DNA of 22,668 nt from an uncultured Deinococcales bacterium (GCA_964244895.1 CAXTKV010000027.1:1-22668), one strand, 5' to 3'; positions 1 to 9,372 are shown, counted from the first letter of the stretch. The notes: generated by a model not told the origin, from the sequence alone. Program-made: numbers and translations.

Positions 1-243
1 CCGGAACTCTTCGCGGGCTTCAAACGCGAGGTGATCTCCGGGTTGCCTGCCAACCCACCCGTGCCGTACCCGGCGGCCTGCCACCCGCAAGCCTGGGATG
101 CCGCCGCGCCCTTCGCATACCTGTGGGCCGCGACCGGCTTTCAACCCGGACGCCCAGGCTCGAGCCTGGGCGTGCCCGAGGACTGGGGAGCACTGAGCGC
201 CCGCGCCCTCTATCGCGCCACCGCCTTCGAGGTGCTCGAGTAA
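1..243 (+). CDS. Glycogen debranching enzyme / amylo-alpha-1,6-glucosidase family, C-terminal fragment (5' end outside window)
   Basis: Frame 1 is open from base 1: PELFAGFKR...PVPYPAACHPQAWDAAAPF, matching the C-terminal PELFxGF / PVPYPxACxPQAW motifs of this family; stop TAA 241-243; next to amylosucrase. Confidence 0.8.
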   Translation, partial: PELFAGFKREVISGLPANPPVPYPAACHPQAWDAAAPFAYLWAATGFQPGRPGSSLGVPEDWGALSARALYRATAFEVLE

Positions 244-256
244 AGCCCCAAACAGA

Positions 257-314
257 GAAGACCGTCGTGGACGCTTCTTTTTGACCCCGAGAAACGCCGT
301 CCCAGACGGTGTTC
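257..314. repeat. Palindromic intergenic repeat copy 1
   Basis: GAAGACCGTCGTGGACG ... CGTCCCAGACGGTGTTC inverted arms. Confidence 0.8.
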
Positions 315-349
315 CCTTTCGCCCGCCGCAGCATTTAGACTGAGGAACC

Positions 350-2296
350 GTGCTTTCATCACCGCTCCCACCGACCGCTTCCGCGCTGCTCGATCACCTC
401 GAGCGGCGCATCCCAGCCGACACGCCCGACCGCGAGCTCTTCACCGTGCGCCTCGAGCGGTATCTGGGCGATCTGATCTCGGGCCTGGGAACCGTCTACG
501 ACAGCCCCCAGCTCGAGCCGATCCTGACGCGCCTGCTCGAGATCATGCTGTTGCACCACCGCGCGCGCAACGCCAGCCTCAAGCACCTCGATCTCGAGCG
601 CACGCTCGCGCCCGACTGGTTCGAACGCCCCGAGATGATCGCTTACGTCTGCTACACCGAACGCTTCGCCACGAACCTGCGCGGTGTGCTGGACAGAATT
701 GATTACCTGGAAGGCATGGGCGTCAAATACCTGCACTTGATGCCCTTCTTGCAACCTCGCCCTGCCCCCCACGATGGCGGCTACGCGGTCGCGGATTTCC
801 GCAAGGTGCGCAGCGACCTGGGCTCGATGGACGACCTGGAAGCGCTGACGGCGGCCCTGCACGCGCGCGGCATCAGCCTGTGCTGTGACCTGGTGCTGAA
901 CCACGTCGCCCGCGAGCACGAATGGGCGCAGCGCGCCCGCGCCGGAGATCAAAAACACCAGCGTTACTTCATGATGTTCCCCGACCGCGCCCTGCCCGAC
1001 CAGTACGAACGCACCCTGCCCGAAGTCTTCCCGGATTTCGCGCCCGGCAACTTCACCTGGGACGAGGCCAGCCAGAGCTGGGTCTGGACGACGTTTAATT
1101 CCTGGCAGTGGGATCTGAACTGGGCCAACGAGGACGTGTTCCTCGAGTTCGTCGACCTGATTTTGTGGCTGGCCAACAAGGGAATCGACATCTTCCGGCT
1201 GGACGCGATCGCCTTCATCTGGAAGCACATGGGCACGAACTGCCAGAACCTGCCCGAAGTCCACGCCATCACGCAAGCCCTGCGCGCCGTCGCGCGGATC
1301 GTGGCGCCCAGCGTGATTTTCAAAGCAGAAGCCATCGTTTCACCGGATGACCTGATCGCGTACCTCGGGCAGCGCGAGCATTACGGCAAGGTTTCAGATA
1401 CCGCGTATCACAACAGTCTGATGGTGCAAATCTGGAGTTCTCTGGCGTCCAGGGACACCCGCTTGATGACCCATGCCCTTCGAGCCTTCCCCGAGAAACC
1501 CGCTACGACCGCCTGGGACACGTACCTGCGCTGCCACGACGACATCGGCTGGGCGATAGACGACGGCGACGCCGCAGATGTGGGACTGAACGGCGAAGCG
1601 CACAGACGCTTTTTATCCGACTACTACGCGGGCATCTTTCCCGGTTCGTTCGCGCGCGGCGTCGTGTTCCAGGAGAACAAACGCACCGGGGATCGCCGCA
1701 TCTCCGGCAGCGGCGCATCGCTGGCCGGGCTCGAGATCGCGCTGGAAGAGGGCGACGAACTGCGCGCGCAACTGGCCCTGGAACGCTTGCTGATGGGTCA
1801 CGCCCTGGTGCTGGGTTTCGGCGGCGTGCCCCTGTTGTACATGGGCGACGAGATCGCCACGCTGAACGACCCCGGCTATTTAAACGAACCCGAACACGCC
1901 GTGGACAACCGCTGGATTCACCGCCCACCGATGGACTGGCCACGCGCCTCACGCGCCCTGCGCGAGCCCCACAGTCTCGAGGGCCGGATGTACCACGGCC
2001 TGCGCCGCCTGATCGAAGCCAGGGTCAGCACGCCCCACCTCCACGCCGCCATCCCCACGCGCGTGCTGGACGTGCGAAATCCGCAGGTTTTCGCCTACGA
2101 GCGCGCGCACCCGTTGGGCACGTTCCTGGCGCTCTATAACTTCTCCGAAGCCCCGCAACAGTATCCCGCCGACGGGCTGCTCGAGCGCGGGCTGTACAAA
2201 CCGTTCGACCGGATTACCGGGCGCGAGATTGACGTTGCGAACGGCTTCGTGAACCTCGAGCCTTACGCGAGGTTGTGGTTAGTGCAAACGGAGTGA
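350..2296 (+). CDS. Amylosucrase / sucrose hydrolase (GH13 subfamily 4-like)
   Basis: Motifs LHLMP, DGGYAV, DLVLNH, FRLDA (nucleophile), FKAEAIV (acid/base), [12 protein letters not shown]; 648 aa. Confidence 0.9.
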   Translation: MLSSPLPPTASALLDHLERRIPADTPDRELFTVRLERYLGDLISGLGTVYDSPQLEPILTRLLEIMLLHHRARNASLKHLDLERTLAPDWFERPEMIAYVCYTERFATNLRGVLDRIDYLEGMGVKYLHLMPFLQPRPAPHDGGYAVADFRKVRSDLGSMDDLEALTAALHARGISLCCDLVLNHVAREHEWAQRARAGDQKHQRYFMMFPDRALPDQYERTLPEVFPDFAPGNFTWDEASQSWVWTTFNSWQWDLNWANEDVFLEFVDLILWLANKGIDIFRLDAIAFIWKHMGTNCQNLPEVHAITQALRAVARIVAPSVIFKAEAIVSPDDLIAYLGQREHYGKVSDTAYHNSLMVQIWSSLASRDTRLMTHALRAFPEKPATTAWDTYLRCHDDIGWAIDDGDAADVGLNGEAHRRFLSDYYAGIFPGSFARGVVFQENKRTGDRRISGSGASLAGLEIALEEGDELRAQLALERLLMGHALVLGFGGVPLLYMGDEIATLNDPGYLNEPEHAVDNRWIHRPPMDWPRASRALREPHSLEGRMYHGLRRLIEARVSTPHLHAAIPTRVLDVRNPQVFAYERAHPLGTFLALYNFSEAPQQYPADGLLERGLYKPFDRITGREIDVANGFVNLEPYARLWLVQTE

Positions 2297-2299
2297 AAC

Positions 2300-2569
2300 T
2301 CATCTCCGGTAGGCATCTTCTCGCTTGACGATCGCGATCACACGAACGCGCCCCGAATCGACGGCGAAGATGACCCGTAGCGATCCCACGCGCAGTCGCC
2401 ACAGACCGCGAAGTTCACCTTTGAGTGGTTTGAGGTTCCCGGAACCGTCCATGCACAGTGTCTCGAGCGCCGTCCGCACGCGCTCGAGATCGTCGTTAGA
2501 GACGCGATCGAGTTGCTTGAACGCTTGGTCGGTGATCTCGAGCGAGAACGGTGCGCCCGCGAGCCTCAC
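2300..2569 (-). CDS. Type II toxin, RelE/ParE superfamily
   Basis: 89 aa; AFKQLDR...LKPLKGELRGLWRLRVGSLRVIF...IAIVKREDAY is a typical RelE pattern; start overlaps the antitoxin stop (GTGA). Confidence 0.88.
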   Translation of the reverse strand: MRLAGAPFSLEITDQAFKQLDRVSNDDLERVRTALETLCMDGSGNLKPLKGELRGLWRLRVGSLRVIFAVDSGRVRVIAIVKREDAYRR

Positions 2570-2796
2570 GGTTGGCGCAATTTCAAACGCTCGAATGCTT
2601 CAGTGCCGGATATCACGCGGCCAGCACGCATATCCTCGAGGCCCGCGTGGATGCCTTCGAGTTCTTCATCGCTCCATTCCTCGTCCTCGAGCGCGTCGAG
2701 TGCAGCATCGATCAACTCCTCGAGTGTCCAACCTTGCGCGGCGCGAAGCTTCTCGAGGCGCGTGAATTGATCTTCGGGAAGGCTCAGGGTTTTCAC
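2566..2796 (-). CDS. Cognate antitoxin (RHH/CopG-like N-terminus, acidic C-terminus); start revised to GTG 2796
   Basis: MKTLSLPEDQFTRLEKL...ELIDAAL...GIHAGLEDMRAGRVISG (76 aa); TACACT -10 lies 6 nt upstream of GTG 2796; 4-nt overlap with the toxin. Confidence 0.8.
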   Translation of the reverse strand: MKTLSLPEDQFTRLEKLRAAQGWTLEELIDAALDALEDEEWSDEELEGIHAGLEDMRAGRVISGTEAFERLKLRQP

Positions 2797-2818
2797 GGCT
2801 TCAGTGTAGCGTAAGTGC
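2797..2818. promoter_or_regulatory. Overlapping divergent -10 elements (leaderless promoters for antitoxin and GNAT)
   Basis: Minus-strand TACACT 2808-2803, 6 nt before GTG 2796; plus-strand TAGCGT 2807-2812, 6 nt before GTG 2819. Confidence 0.6.
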
Positions 2819-3274
2819 GTGATGGACGTTCGCAACGCTAGGCTTGAGGATTTCCCCAACCTCGTTCCGCTGATGAGGAACTTCGCCACGACTCGAGAAG
2901 ATGGACTTGAAGATCGGTTCAACCGCCTGATCTCGAGCCCGGATTTCGCGTTGATCGTGGCGGAACTCGAGGGTGGAATCGTCGGGTACGCGATGGCGCA
3001 GGGCTACTTGCCGCGCTTGCGTTCTGGCGATGAAACCGTGCGCTTGCACGACTTGATGGTCATGGGCACACACCGTCGGCGCGGCGTAGGGCGCGCGTTG
3101 TTCGGAGCCATCCAGGATTGGGTCAAAGCTCGAGGCTCGCGGTATCTTGAGTGGCAATCCAGCGCGTCAGGGATCGCATTTTACGAATCATTGGGCTTGA
3201 AAGGCGACCCGTGCCCGCAGCCCGAATACCCGTTCTTCGAGGTTGACTTCCTGAAAACACCGTTCCAGACGTGA
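2819..3274 (+). CDS. GNAT family N-acetyltransferase
   Basis: Acetyl-CoA motif A HRRRGVGRAL; C-terminal AFYESLG; IVAELEGGIVGY strand. Confidence 0.88.
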   Translation: MMDVRNARLEDFPNLVPLMRNFATTREDGLEDRFNRLISSPDFALIVAELEGGIVGYAMAQGYLPRLRSGDETVRLHDLMVMGTHRRRGVGRALFGAIQDWVKARGSRYLEWQSSASGIAFYESLGLKGDPCPQPEYPFFEVDFLKTPFQT

Positions 3275-3314
3275 TTTCTCTAGATAAAAGAAATGCTGGC
3301 TGGAACGGTGTCCT
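3254..3314. repeat. Palindromic repeat copy 2 (overlaps GNAT 3' end, between convergent genes)
   Basis: AAACACCGTTCCAG ... CTGGAACGGTGTCC. Confidence 0.8.
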
Positions 3315-3316
3315 CG

Positions 3317-5992
3317 TTATTCGCTGGTCACACCCAGAATTTCTTCCAGGGTCGTGTGCCCCTGCAAGGCCTTCTCCAGACCGTCCTGGCGCAGGGTTTT
3401 CATGCCGGTATCCTGAATCGCGACATCCTTGATTTCGGTGGCGCTCTTGCCCGCGATGATCGCGCGGCGCACGGGCTCATCGACGGTCATCAGTTCGTGG
3501 ATCGCCATACGGCCCTTGTAGCCCGTGCCGTTGCACTTCTCGCAGCCGACGCCACGGAAGAGCTTGACGCCCTCGACCTCGTTTTCCGAGAGCCCGAGGC
3601 GGCGCAGCACTTCGGGATCGGGTGCGACCTCGACCTTGCAGCCCTTGCAGATGCGGCGCACCAGGCGCTGCGCCAGCACGCCGATCATCGAGGCGGAGAT
3701 GTTGAAGACCTCGACTTCCATCTCTTCAAGGCGCGTGATCGCGCCCGCCGCGTCGTTGGTGTGCAGCGTCCCGATCACCAGGTGGCCCGTCAGTGCGGCT
3801 TCGACAGCAATTTTCGCGGTTTCAGTGTCACGAATCTCACCGACCATAATAACGTCCGGGTCCTGACGCAAGAAGGCCCTGAGCGCCCTGGCGAAATTCA
3901 TGCCCGCCGCGTTGTTGACCTGAGACTGGTTGATGCCGGGGATCTCGTATTCCACGGGGTCTTCGATGGTCGTGACGTTCACGTCCGGCGTGGCGATGCG
4001 CTTGAGGGCGCTGAAGGTCGTGAACGACTTGCCGGAACCGGTCGGGCCGGTGATCAAGAAGATCCCGTAAGGCTTGAGGATCGTGTCCTGGAAGCGCTGG
4101 AAGTTGAAATCTGAAAACCCCAGCGCTTCGATCTCGGGGATGTTGGTGGCCTTCTGCAAGATACGCATGACGACCTTCTCGCCGTACACGACCGGTAGGG
4201 TCGAGGTGCGCAGGTCGATCGACATGTTCTTGGATCGGAAACGGATGCGTCCGTCCTGCGGCACTCGGCGCTCGGCGATATCCAGGTTGGCCATGATCTT
4301 GATGCGAGCCGCGACGCTCGCACCGGCGCTCTTGGGCAACTCCATGTAGTTGCGCAGCGAACCGTCGATGCGCAAGCGCACCAGAATCTTGTCCACGGTC
4401 GGTTCGATGTGAATGTCGGAGCATTCTTGAATCACGGCTTCTCGGATGATCGTGTCCACCGTGCGCACGATGGCGTTGTCGTCGAGGTTGGTGTCGAACT
4501 GCTCTTCGGCTTTGGCAGCCTGGGAATCGCGACCGATCTGCGCGAGTTCCTGGTTGAGCTTGTCCACGTCGGTGCCGCTCGAGGCGTAGAAGCGGTCAAT
4601 TAACTTGATGATGTCCGCTTCCGGCGAGACGGCGGGCACGATATCGCGTCCGGTCATCAATCGCAGGTCGTCGAGCGCGAAGACGTTGCGCGGGTCTTTC
4701 ATGATCACGACCAGCGCGCTGCCCTGCATCTTGTACGGGAAAAGCGTGTAGCGTCGCGCTTGCGCTTCCGGGATCAGCGTCAGAACGCTCGGGTCGGGCG
4801 CGGCCTCGCTCGGGTTGACGTACTCGTAGCCGAGCTGCACGGCCAAGGAACGCGCCAGCATTTCCGGCGAAAGCTTGCCGGATTGCACCAGCGTGTCCTC
4901 GAGCCGACCGCCACCGGCGCGCTGCTTGGCGAGCGCGCGTTCGACCTCGTCGGCGCTGGCGTAACCCAACTCGACCAGCACCTCGCCGAGCGGTTTGGAC
5001 TTGCCCGCCTTGCGCTGCACCTTGAGGGCTTCCGCGAGTTGTTCGCGGTTGACCTTGCCGGATTGCACCAAGGATTCACCCAATCGGCCCTTCTGGGCGT
5101 AGATCCGTTCGATCAAAAATTCCAGTTCGCCCGGCGGGATCATGGTGACTTTGACGGGCTTGGAAAACAGCGACTGGATGTCGGGGCGCTTTTTCGGGTC
5201 GGTCGTGACGACCATGTACGTGTCGCCGTCGTCGCGGATCGGCACGGCCTGAAGCTTGACCGCGTCGGAGCGCAGCATCAGGCTGGAAACCTCGTCGGGC
5301 ACTTCCAGGTCGATCACGGTCGGCATGAAAGGCACGTCGGCCTGTTCGGCCAGCACGCTGTACAGGTCTGTTTCGGTCAGGTACCCGAGGTTCTGCAAGA
5401 GCTTGCCCAAAGGTTCGCCGCCCGGTTCCTGCAGCGCGAGCGCTTCCTCGAGCTGGGCTTCGGTCACGAACAGGTGGCGCAGCAATCGGTGACCCAGACG
5501 TTCATCGGCGGGGCTGGAGAGCTTTTCGATGTCGGGAATCTCGAGGCCGAGTTCCGGGTAGTACATCGCGACCGCCCAGCGCATCTGGTCGCGCAGCGCC
5601 TGGTACGGTTCGACCGTGTAGCCCGTCAGGTCTTCGATCAGTTCGACTGCCATCGTGTTCAACGGGTCGATGAAGGCCACGCGCAATTTCTCGCCGTCGA
5701 GCGCAAATGGAAGCGATTGGAGTTCCTGAGCGCGTTCGCCTTCGATCAAGGCGGTCACTTCTGGCGCGGGTTTGAGCGCCACCAGGTTGACCAGCGGGTA
5801 GCTCAGTTCATCCTCGATGGCGCGAGCGATGCGGCGCTCACTCACCATGCCGGATTCGATCAAAATGTCGGAGAGCCGTCCGCCGATCTCGGCGTGACGC
5901 TCGAGCGCCTTTTGCAGGTCGGCGTCGGACACGTAACCGAGTTGCAGCAAGATTGCGCCGAGACGACGATCACCGATGGACAGAACGGGCAT
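3317..5992 (-). CDS. pilB: Type IV pilus assembly ATPase PilB (Thermus PilF-like) with multiple MshEN/GSPII-N domains
   Basis: Walker A GPTGSGKS, TIEDPVEY, LRQDPDVIMVGEIRD, TGHLV..TLHTN, Zn-binding CKGC...CEKC; repeated RLGxxLxxxGxxxxxxLxxAL motifs; 891 aa. Confidence 0.93.
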   Translation of the reverse strand: MPVLSIGDRRLGAILLQLGYVSDADLQKALERHAEIGGRLSDILIESGMVSERRIARAIEDELSYPLVNLVALKPAPEVTALIEGERAQELQSLPFALDGEKLRVAFIDPLNTMAVELIEDLTGYTVEPYQALRDQMRWAVAMYYPELGLEIPDIEKLSSPADERLGHRLLRHLFVTEAQLEEALALQEPGGEPLGKLLQNLGYLTETDLYSVLAEQADVPFMPTVIDLEVPDEVSSLMLRSDAVKLQAVPIRDDGDTYMVVTTDPKKRPDIQSLFSKPVKVTMIPPGELEFLIERIYAQKGRLGESLVQSGKVNREQLAEALKVQRKAGKSKPLGEVLVELGYASADEVERALAKQRAGGGRLEDTLVQSGKLSPEMLARSLAVQLGYEYVNPSEAAPDPSVLTLIPEAQARRYTLFPYKMQGSALVVIMKDPRNVFALDDLRLMTGRDIVPAVSPEADIIKLIDRFYASSGTDVDKLNQELAQIGRDSQAAKAEEQFDTNLDDNAIVRTVDTIIREAVIQECSDIHIEPTVDKILVRLRIDGSLRNYMELPKSAGASVAARIKIMANLDIAERRVPQDGRIRFRSKNMSIDLRTSTLPVVYGEKVVMRILQKATNIPEIEALGFSDFNFQRFQDTILKPYGIFLITGPTGSGKSFTTFSALKRIATPDVNVTTIEDPVEYEIPGINQSQVNNAAGMNFARALRAFLRQDPDVIMVGEIRDTETAKIAVEAALTGHLVIGTLHTNDAAGAITRLEEMEVEVFNISASMIGVLAQRLVRRICKGCKVEVAPDPEVLRRLGLSENEVEGVKLFRGVGCEKCNGTGYKGRMAIHELMTVDEPVRRAIIAGKSATEIKDVAIQDTGMKTLRQDGLEKALQGHTTLEEILGVTSE

Positions 5993-5995
5993 GAA

Positions 5996-6556
5996 CTACC
6001 TCCTGGACGGCTTCGAGGCCGGATTGTCATTGAGTACCATGCGCTCGAGGGCGCGCGCGAGACGGGTGTGCGGCAGGGCGTTCTGCGAAAGCGGCGCGAC
6101 CATGACGGTGTACGCCCCGATCAGGTTGCCGCCCAGCACGTCGGTGAAGAGTTGATCGCCGACCACGGCGATCTCTTTGGGTCGAAGCCTCATGGCGCGT
6201 GCGGCGCGCAGGAAAGCGCTCGGCAGGGGCTTGGCGGCGGTGCTGCCACCGAGCGCGCCGACGCCGGGGAATCCCAGTTGGGCCGCCCAGCGTTTGATGC
6301 GTTCCGGTAACGCGTTCGAGACGAGCCGCGCCTGAATGTTCGCCGTCCGTAAGGCGCCCACCCAGGCCTCGAGTTCCGGCGTATGCAATTCGGAACCGTA
6401 AGGCACGAGCGTGTTGTCCAGATCCAGAATCAGCCCGCGCAGCTGCCGTGCGCCCAACCATTCGGGCGTGATCTCGAAGACCGACGCCAAATGCTCGTTC
6501 GGCAAGAGCGCGCTCAACCAGGGGTTGCGATGGGATTTGGGGTTGCTCGAGGTCAA
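5996..6556 (-). CDS. YqeG-family HAD IIIA phosphatase; start revised to TTG 6556
   Basis: DLDNTL (HAD motif I), VSN, KP, VGDQLFTDVLGGN; TTG overlaps pgeF stop (TTGA 6556-6553) with GGAGAG upstream. Confidence 0.88.
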   Translation of the reverse strand: MTSSNPKSHRNPWLSALLPNEHLASVFEITPEWLGARQLRGLILDLDNTLVPYGSELHTPELEAWVGALRTANIQARLVSNALPERIKRWAAQLGFPGVGALGGSTAAKPLPSAFLRAARAMRLRPKEIAVVGDQLFTDVLGGNLIGAYTVMVAPLSQNALPHTRLARALERMVLNDNPASKPSRR

Positions 6557-7377
6557 GGTGCTCTCCGGTCGGTTCGGGCGATCACGGCCCACATGCGCCC
6601 AGTCTGGCCGTGGTCGCGTCTGTACGAGAAAAAGCGTTCGTCGGTGCTGCACAATCCCGATCGCCAGATCGCTTCGGGTGGGACGCCCGCCGCCTCGAGC
6701 AACCAGGCGTTGGCGAGCGAGAGGTCTACGCGCCATGATAGTCCGGTTTGACTTTCGGTTTCCCGAATTATTGGCACGTTCGAGAGAATCGCGCCCTGGG
6801 AGGCGTTTGCGGCCATCTCGGGGACTTTCGATTCCGCCCAGATCGAGCGCGGGAAGCCCGCGTCCAGAAAGCGTTCGCGCACCTCCGGCCCGACCTCGTA
6901 TTGCGCGCCGCTGATGCCGGGGCCGATCGCGACCCTGACCCGATCCGCCCGAGCGCCCAAATCGATCATGGCCCGCAAGGTGTTCAAGGCCACGCCGGAA
7001 ACCGTGCCGCGCCAGCCCGCGTGGGCTGCACCGATCACACCCGCCTCGGCGTCCTCGAGCAATACGGGGTAGCAGTCGGCAGTTTCGATCACCAGGGCCA
7101 CATCGGGGTCTTTGCTCACCAGTCCGTCCGCCTCGATCAGCGGTTCTTCTGGTTGGGCGATCACAACGCGGCTCGAATGCACTTGCCGCAACCGCGCCAG
7201 CCGCGCCGTGGACAGATGGAGCGCTTTGATCGCCAACCTGCGGTTTTCTTCGACCGATGTGAGCTGATCACCGACGTTGCTGGACAGGTTCAACCCGGCG
7301 TGCGCGCCCTGACTGACACCGCCGGCGCGGCTCGAGAAGCCGTGCGTGAACCGCAAGTTTGGGGCGTGCAACCACAT
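6553..7377 (-). CDS. pgeF: PgeF/YfiH family (peptidoglycan editing factor / purine nucleoside enzyme)
   Basis: HGFSSRAGGVS, QVHS, ADGL, TADCYPV, AAHAGWRG, IGPGI, YEVG, FFSYRRD..TGR. Confidence 0.92.
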   Translation of the reverse strand: MWLHAPNLRFTHGFSSRAGGVSQGAHAGLNLSSNVGDQLTSVEENRRLAIKALHLSTARLARLRQVHSSRVVIAQPEEPLIEADGLVSKDPDVALVIETADCYPVLLEDAEAGVIGAAHAGWRGTVSGVALNTLRAMIDLGARADRVRVAIGPGISGAQYEVGPEVRERFLDAGFPRSIWAESKVPEMAANASQGAILSNVPIIRETESQTGLSWRVDLSLANAWLLEAAGVPPEAIWRSGLCSTDERFFSYRRDHGQTGRMWAVIARTDRRAP

Positions 7378-7606
7378 GCCAGACAGTGTACGAGGCGAGC
7401 CATGAAATCATCGGGCGTTTCCGACAATATCCCCAGAAATACCGTTCCACACGGTGTCAAATTGGCAAACAGCGTCCAGGAGCAGGGTGGCGCGGTCAAA
7501 ATTGGTGCAGGAACCCGAAAGTCTTTGCTAGAGTGGGTCGGAAGATGGCTTTCATAAACACAACCAATCCCTTCTCGAGAAGCCGGATGCGGCGATTGGA
7601 GGCAGC

Positions 7607-9184
7607 ATGGACGATGTGAAAATCTCCCCGCTGGCGAAACGCCTCGCCGAGGAGAACTCGATTGACTGGCGTCAGATTCACGGAACCGGCCCCGAGGGCC
7701 GCGTGATCGAACGCGACATCCTCACGTACCTGGCCAAGGTGATGTCCGGCGAGGCCGAACTGCCTTACCAGCCCGACGTGTCCGAACCCCCACCGCCGAG
7801 CGGCATGATGCCAGATTTCGGGCAGATTCCCAGCATGGCGAGCGCGACGGCCTCGATGGCCAGAGAAGGTGTCGACCTGAGTTCCATGCTGGCCGATCCC
7901 GTCTTCGGTCAGCAACCCGCAGTCCAGCACGACGTGAACCTCGACCCGGTCGAACCCGGCCTGGAAGCGGATCTGGACGACGCAATCTTCGATCTGGACC
8001 TGAGCGACGACATCACCGAGGAACCAGCGGTGCAATTCAACGCACCGATGAACGTCGCCGCGCCCAGACCGAGCGATAGCGCCGACGTGATGCTCGACAT
8101 GGATGACGACCTGGCAAAGATTCCAGCTCCGACGCCGTTGAATTCGTTCGTGCCCGATCTGGATCTTTCGCACCCGATGCCGAGTACCTCCGATTTCAGC
8201 CTCGATTCCTTTGAAGCTGCACCTTTGAGCGCGCCGGATTTCGGTATCTCGAGCGCGTCTGAGTTCAGCACCTCGAGCGCGTCCGAGTTTGGCGTCTCGA
8301 GTCCGAACGATTTCAGTGCCCCGAGCGATCTGGGTTCCTCGAACGATTCGGAGTTCAGCTTCCAGATGGAAGACCCCGCCGCCCTCGATACCCACGCAGA
8401 CGCACATTCCGGCACGGACTTCAGCCTGAGCGCACCTTCTGCACCCGCCAGCCCCGAAGCTGCATTCGTGCAGCCTGTGTTCTCGATGCCGGAAACTGCC
8501 GCGCCCGAACCCATCGTGCCCGAACCCATCGTGCCCGAACCCATCACGCCTGAACCCGTGCAACCGGCGATGCCGACGTACACTGCGCCATTCGATACGG
8601 GACTGGCCACCCTTGGGGGTGCCGCCATCGGGGGTGCTGCCCTCGGTGCCGTTACCGGAGCTGCCGATCCGAGCCACACCGCGCCAGTCATCCGCAGCGC
8701 CGTCGCCCGCGATTTCTTCAAGGTCGCCACCTTGCGCCGCACGCTCAACGCCAAGCCCATGCTCGAGACTGCCGCACAACTTTCCAAGGCGCTCGACGGG
8801 CATCAGGTTTCGTCCGCACCGTTCCTGGCGCGAGCCGCCGGACGCGGTCACTTCGGCTCGAGCCTGGCGCTCGGTTCGCTCGACGGGGACGCACTCAAGG
8901 CCGTCGCCATGCCGCACCTGGAAGGTGCCTTCCGAGATTTGATCACCACCATCGGCAGCGCCCACCTGACCAGCGCCAACGCCGACCTGATCGTGCTGGA
9001 CGCCTCCGGCCTCGGGGCGGACGACGTGGTGCTGCCCGTCTCGGGTGCATTGCTGGCGCTCGGACGCGCCCACGAAGGTCAAGCCACGCTGACGCTCTCC
9101 GGTCAGTTCGATATCGCCTCCGGCGGCGCGTTCCTGGATCGCGTGGCTGAAATGCTCGAGCACCCGGTCGGGTTGCTCGTCTGA
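7607..9184 (+). CDS. E3-binding (peripheral subunit-binding) domain protein with long acidic linker and degenerate acyltransferase-like C-terminus
   Basis: ISPLAKRLAEENSIDW..IHGTGPEGRVIERDI is a PSBD signature; C-terminus TLTLS...AFLDRVAEMLEHP resembles an E2 C-terminus; GGAGG RBS upstream. Confidence 0.75.
   Translation: MDDVKISPLAKRLAEENSIDWRQIHGTGPEGRVIERDILTYLAKVMSGEAELPYQPDVSEPPPPSGMMPDFGQIPSMASATASMAREGVDLSSMLADPVFGQQPAVQHDVNLDPVEPGLEADLDDAIFDLDLSDDITEEPAVQFNAPMNVAAPRPSDSADVMLDMDDDLAKIPAPTPLNSFVPDLDLSHPMPSTSDFSLDSFEAAPLSAPDFGISSASEFSTSSASEFGVSSPNDFSAPSDLGSSNDSEFSFQMEDPAALDTHADAHSGTDFSLSAPSAPASPEAAFVQPVFSMPETAAPEPIVPEPIVPEPITPEPVQPAMPTYTAPFDTGLATLGGAAIGGAALGAVTGAADPSHTAPVIRSAVARDFFKVATLRRTLNAKPMLETAAQLSKALDGHQVSSAPFLARAAGRGHFGSSLALGSLDGDALKAVAMPHLEGAFRDLITTIGSAHLTSANADLIVLDASGLGADDVVLPVSGALLALGRAHEGQATLTLSGQFDIASGGAFLDRVAEMLEHPVGLLV
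8240..8311 (+). repeat. Three 24-nt in-frame tandem repeats (FGISSASE/FSTSSASE/FGVSSPND), each containing CTCGAG
   Basis: CTCGAG at 8248, 8272 and 8296, 24-nt period. Confidence 0.8.
8504..8563 (+). repeat. Four 15-nt in-frame tandem repeats (PEPIV, PEPIV, PEPIT, PEPVQ)
   Basis: CCCGAACCCATCGTG x2, CCCGAACCCATCACG, CCTGAACCCGTGCAA. Confidence 0.9.
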
Positions 9185-9200
9185 GTTGAACGGTTCTTGC

Positions 9201-9230
9201 GAACGGGGGCTCGAGAGGGTCCCCGTTTTT
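9201..9230 (+). terminator. Intrinsic terminator after the E3-binding domain gene
   Basis: AACGGGGGCTC-GAGA-GGGTCCCCGTT stem (GNRA loop) running into a T tract. Confidence 0.75.
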
Positions 9231-9308
9231 CGTGGTTTGGGTAGGCCGCGAGGTCTGAAGGGCAAGTCATGGCATCGCGAGATTCGTGCGGGAATCGGGA
9301 TGCTCACC

Positions 9309-9372
9309 CGAGAACACCGTTCAGGACGCGGCTTCGGGAGATCAAAGAAGAGCGTCCCAGACGGTCTTCCCG
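9309..9372. repeat. Palindromic repeat copy 3
   Basis: CGAGAACACCGTTCAGGACGC ... GCGTCCCAGACGGTCTTCCCG. Confidence 0.8.

Noticed and set aside
2797..2922. Longer N-terminus for the antitoxin as given in the ORF track; likewise the extended starts of yqeG (6736) and DUF1501 (20717)
   Set aside because: The extensions overlap neighbouring genes or structured spacer. Downstream starts have a -10 box, coupling or RBS, and place the Tat motif at the N-terminus.
2819..3274. GNAT as an AtaT/TacT-type toxin
   Set aside because: No co-oriented upstream RHH/DUF1778 antitoxin; the sequence looks like a generic small-molecule GNAT.
7436..7505. Degenerate eleventh repeat (GAAATACCGTTCCACACG...GCGTCCAGGA) and a GTCAAA(A)TTGG direct repeat in the divergent promoter
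   Set aside because: The right arm is incomplete and the short direct repeat could be chance; too weak to call.
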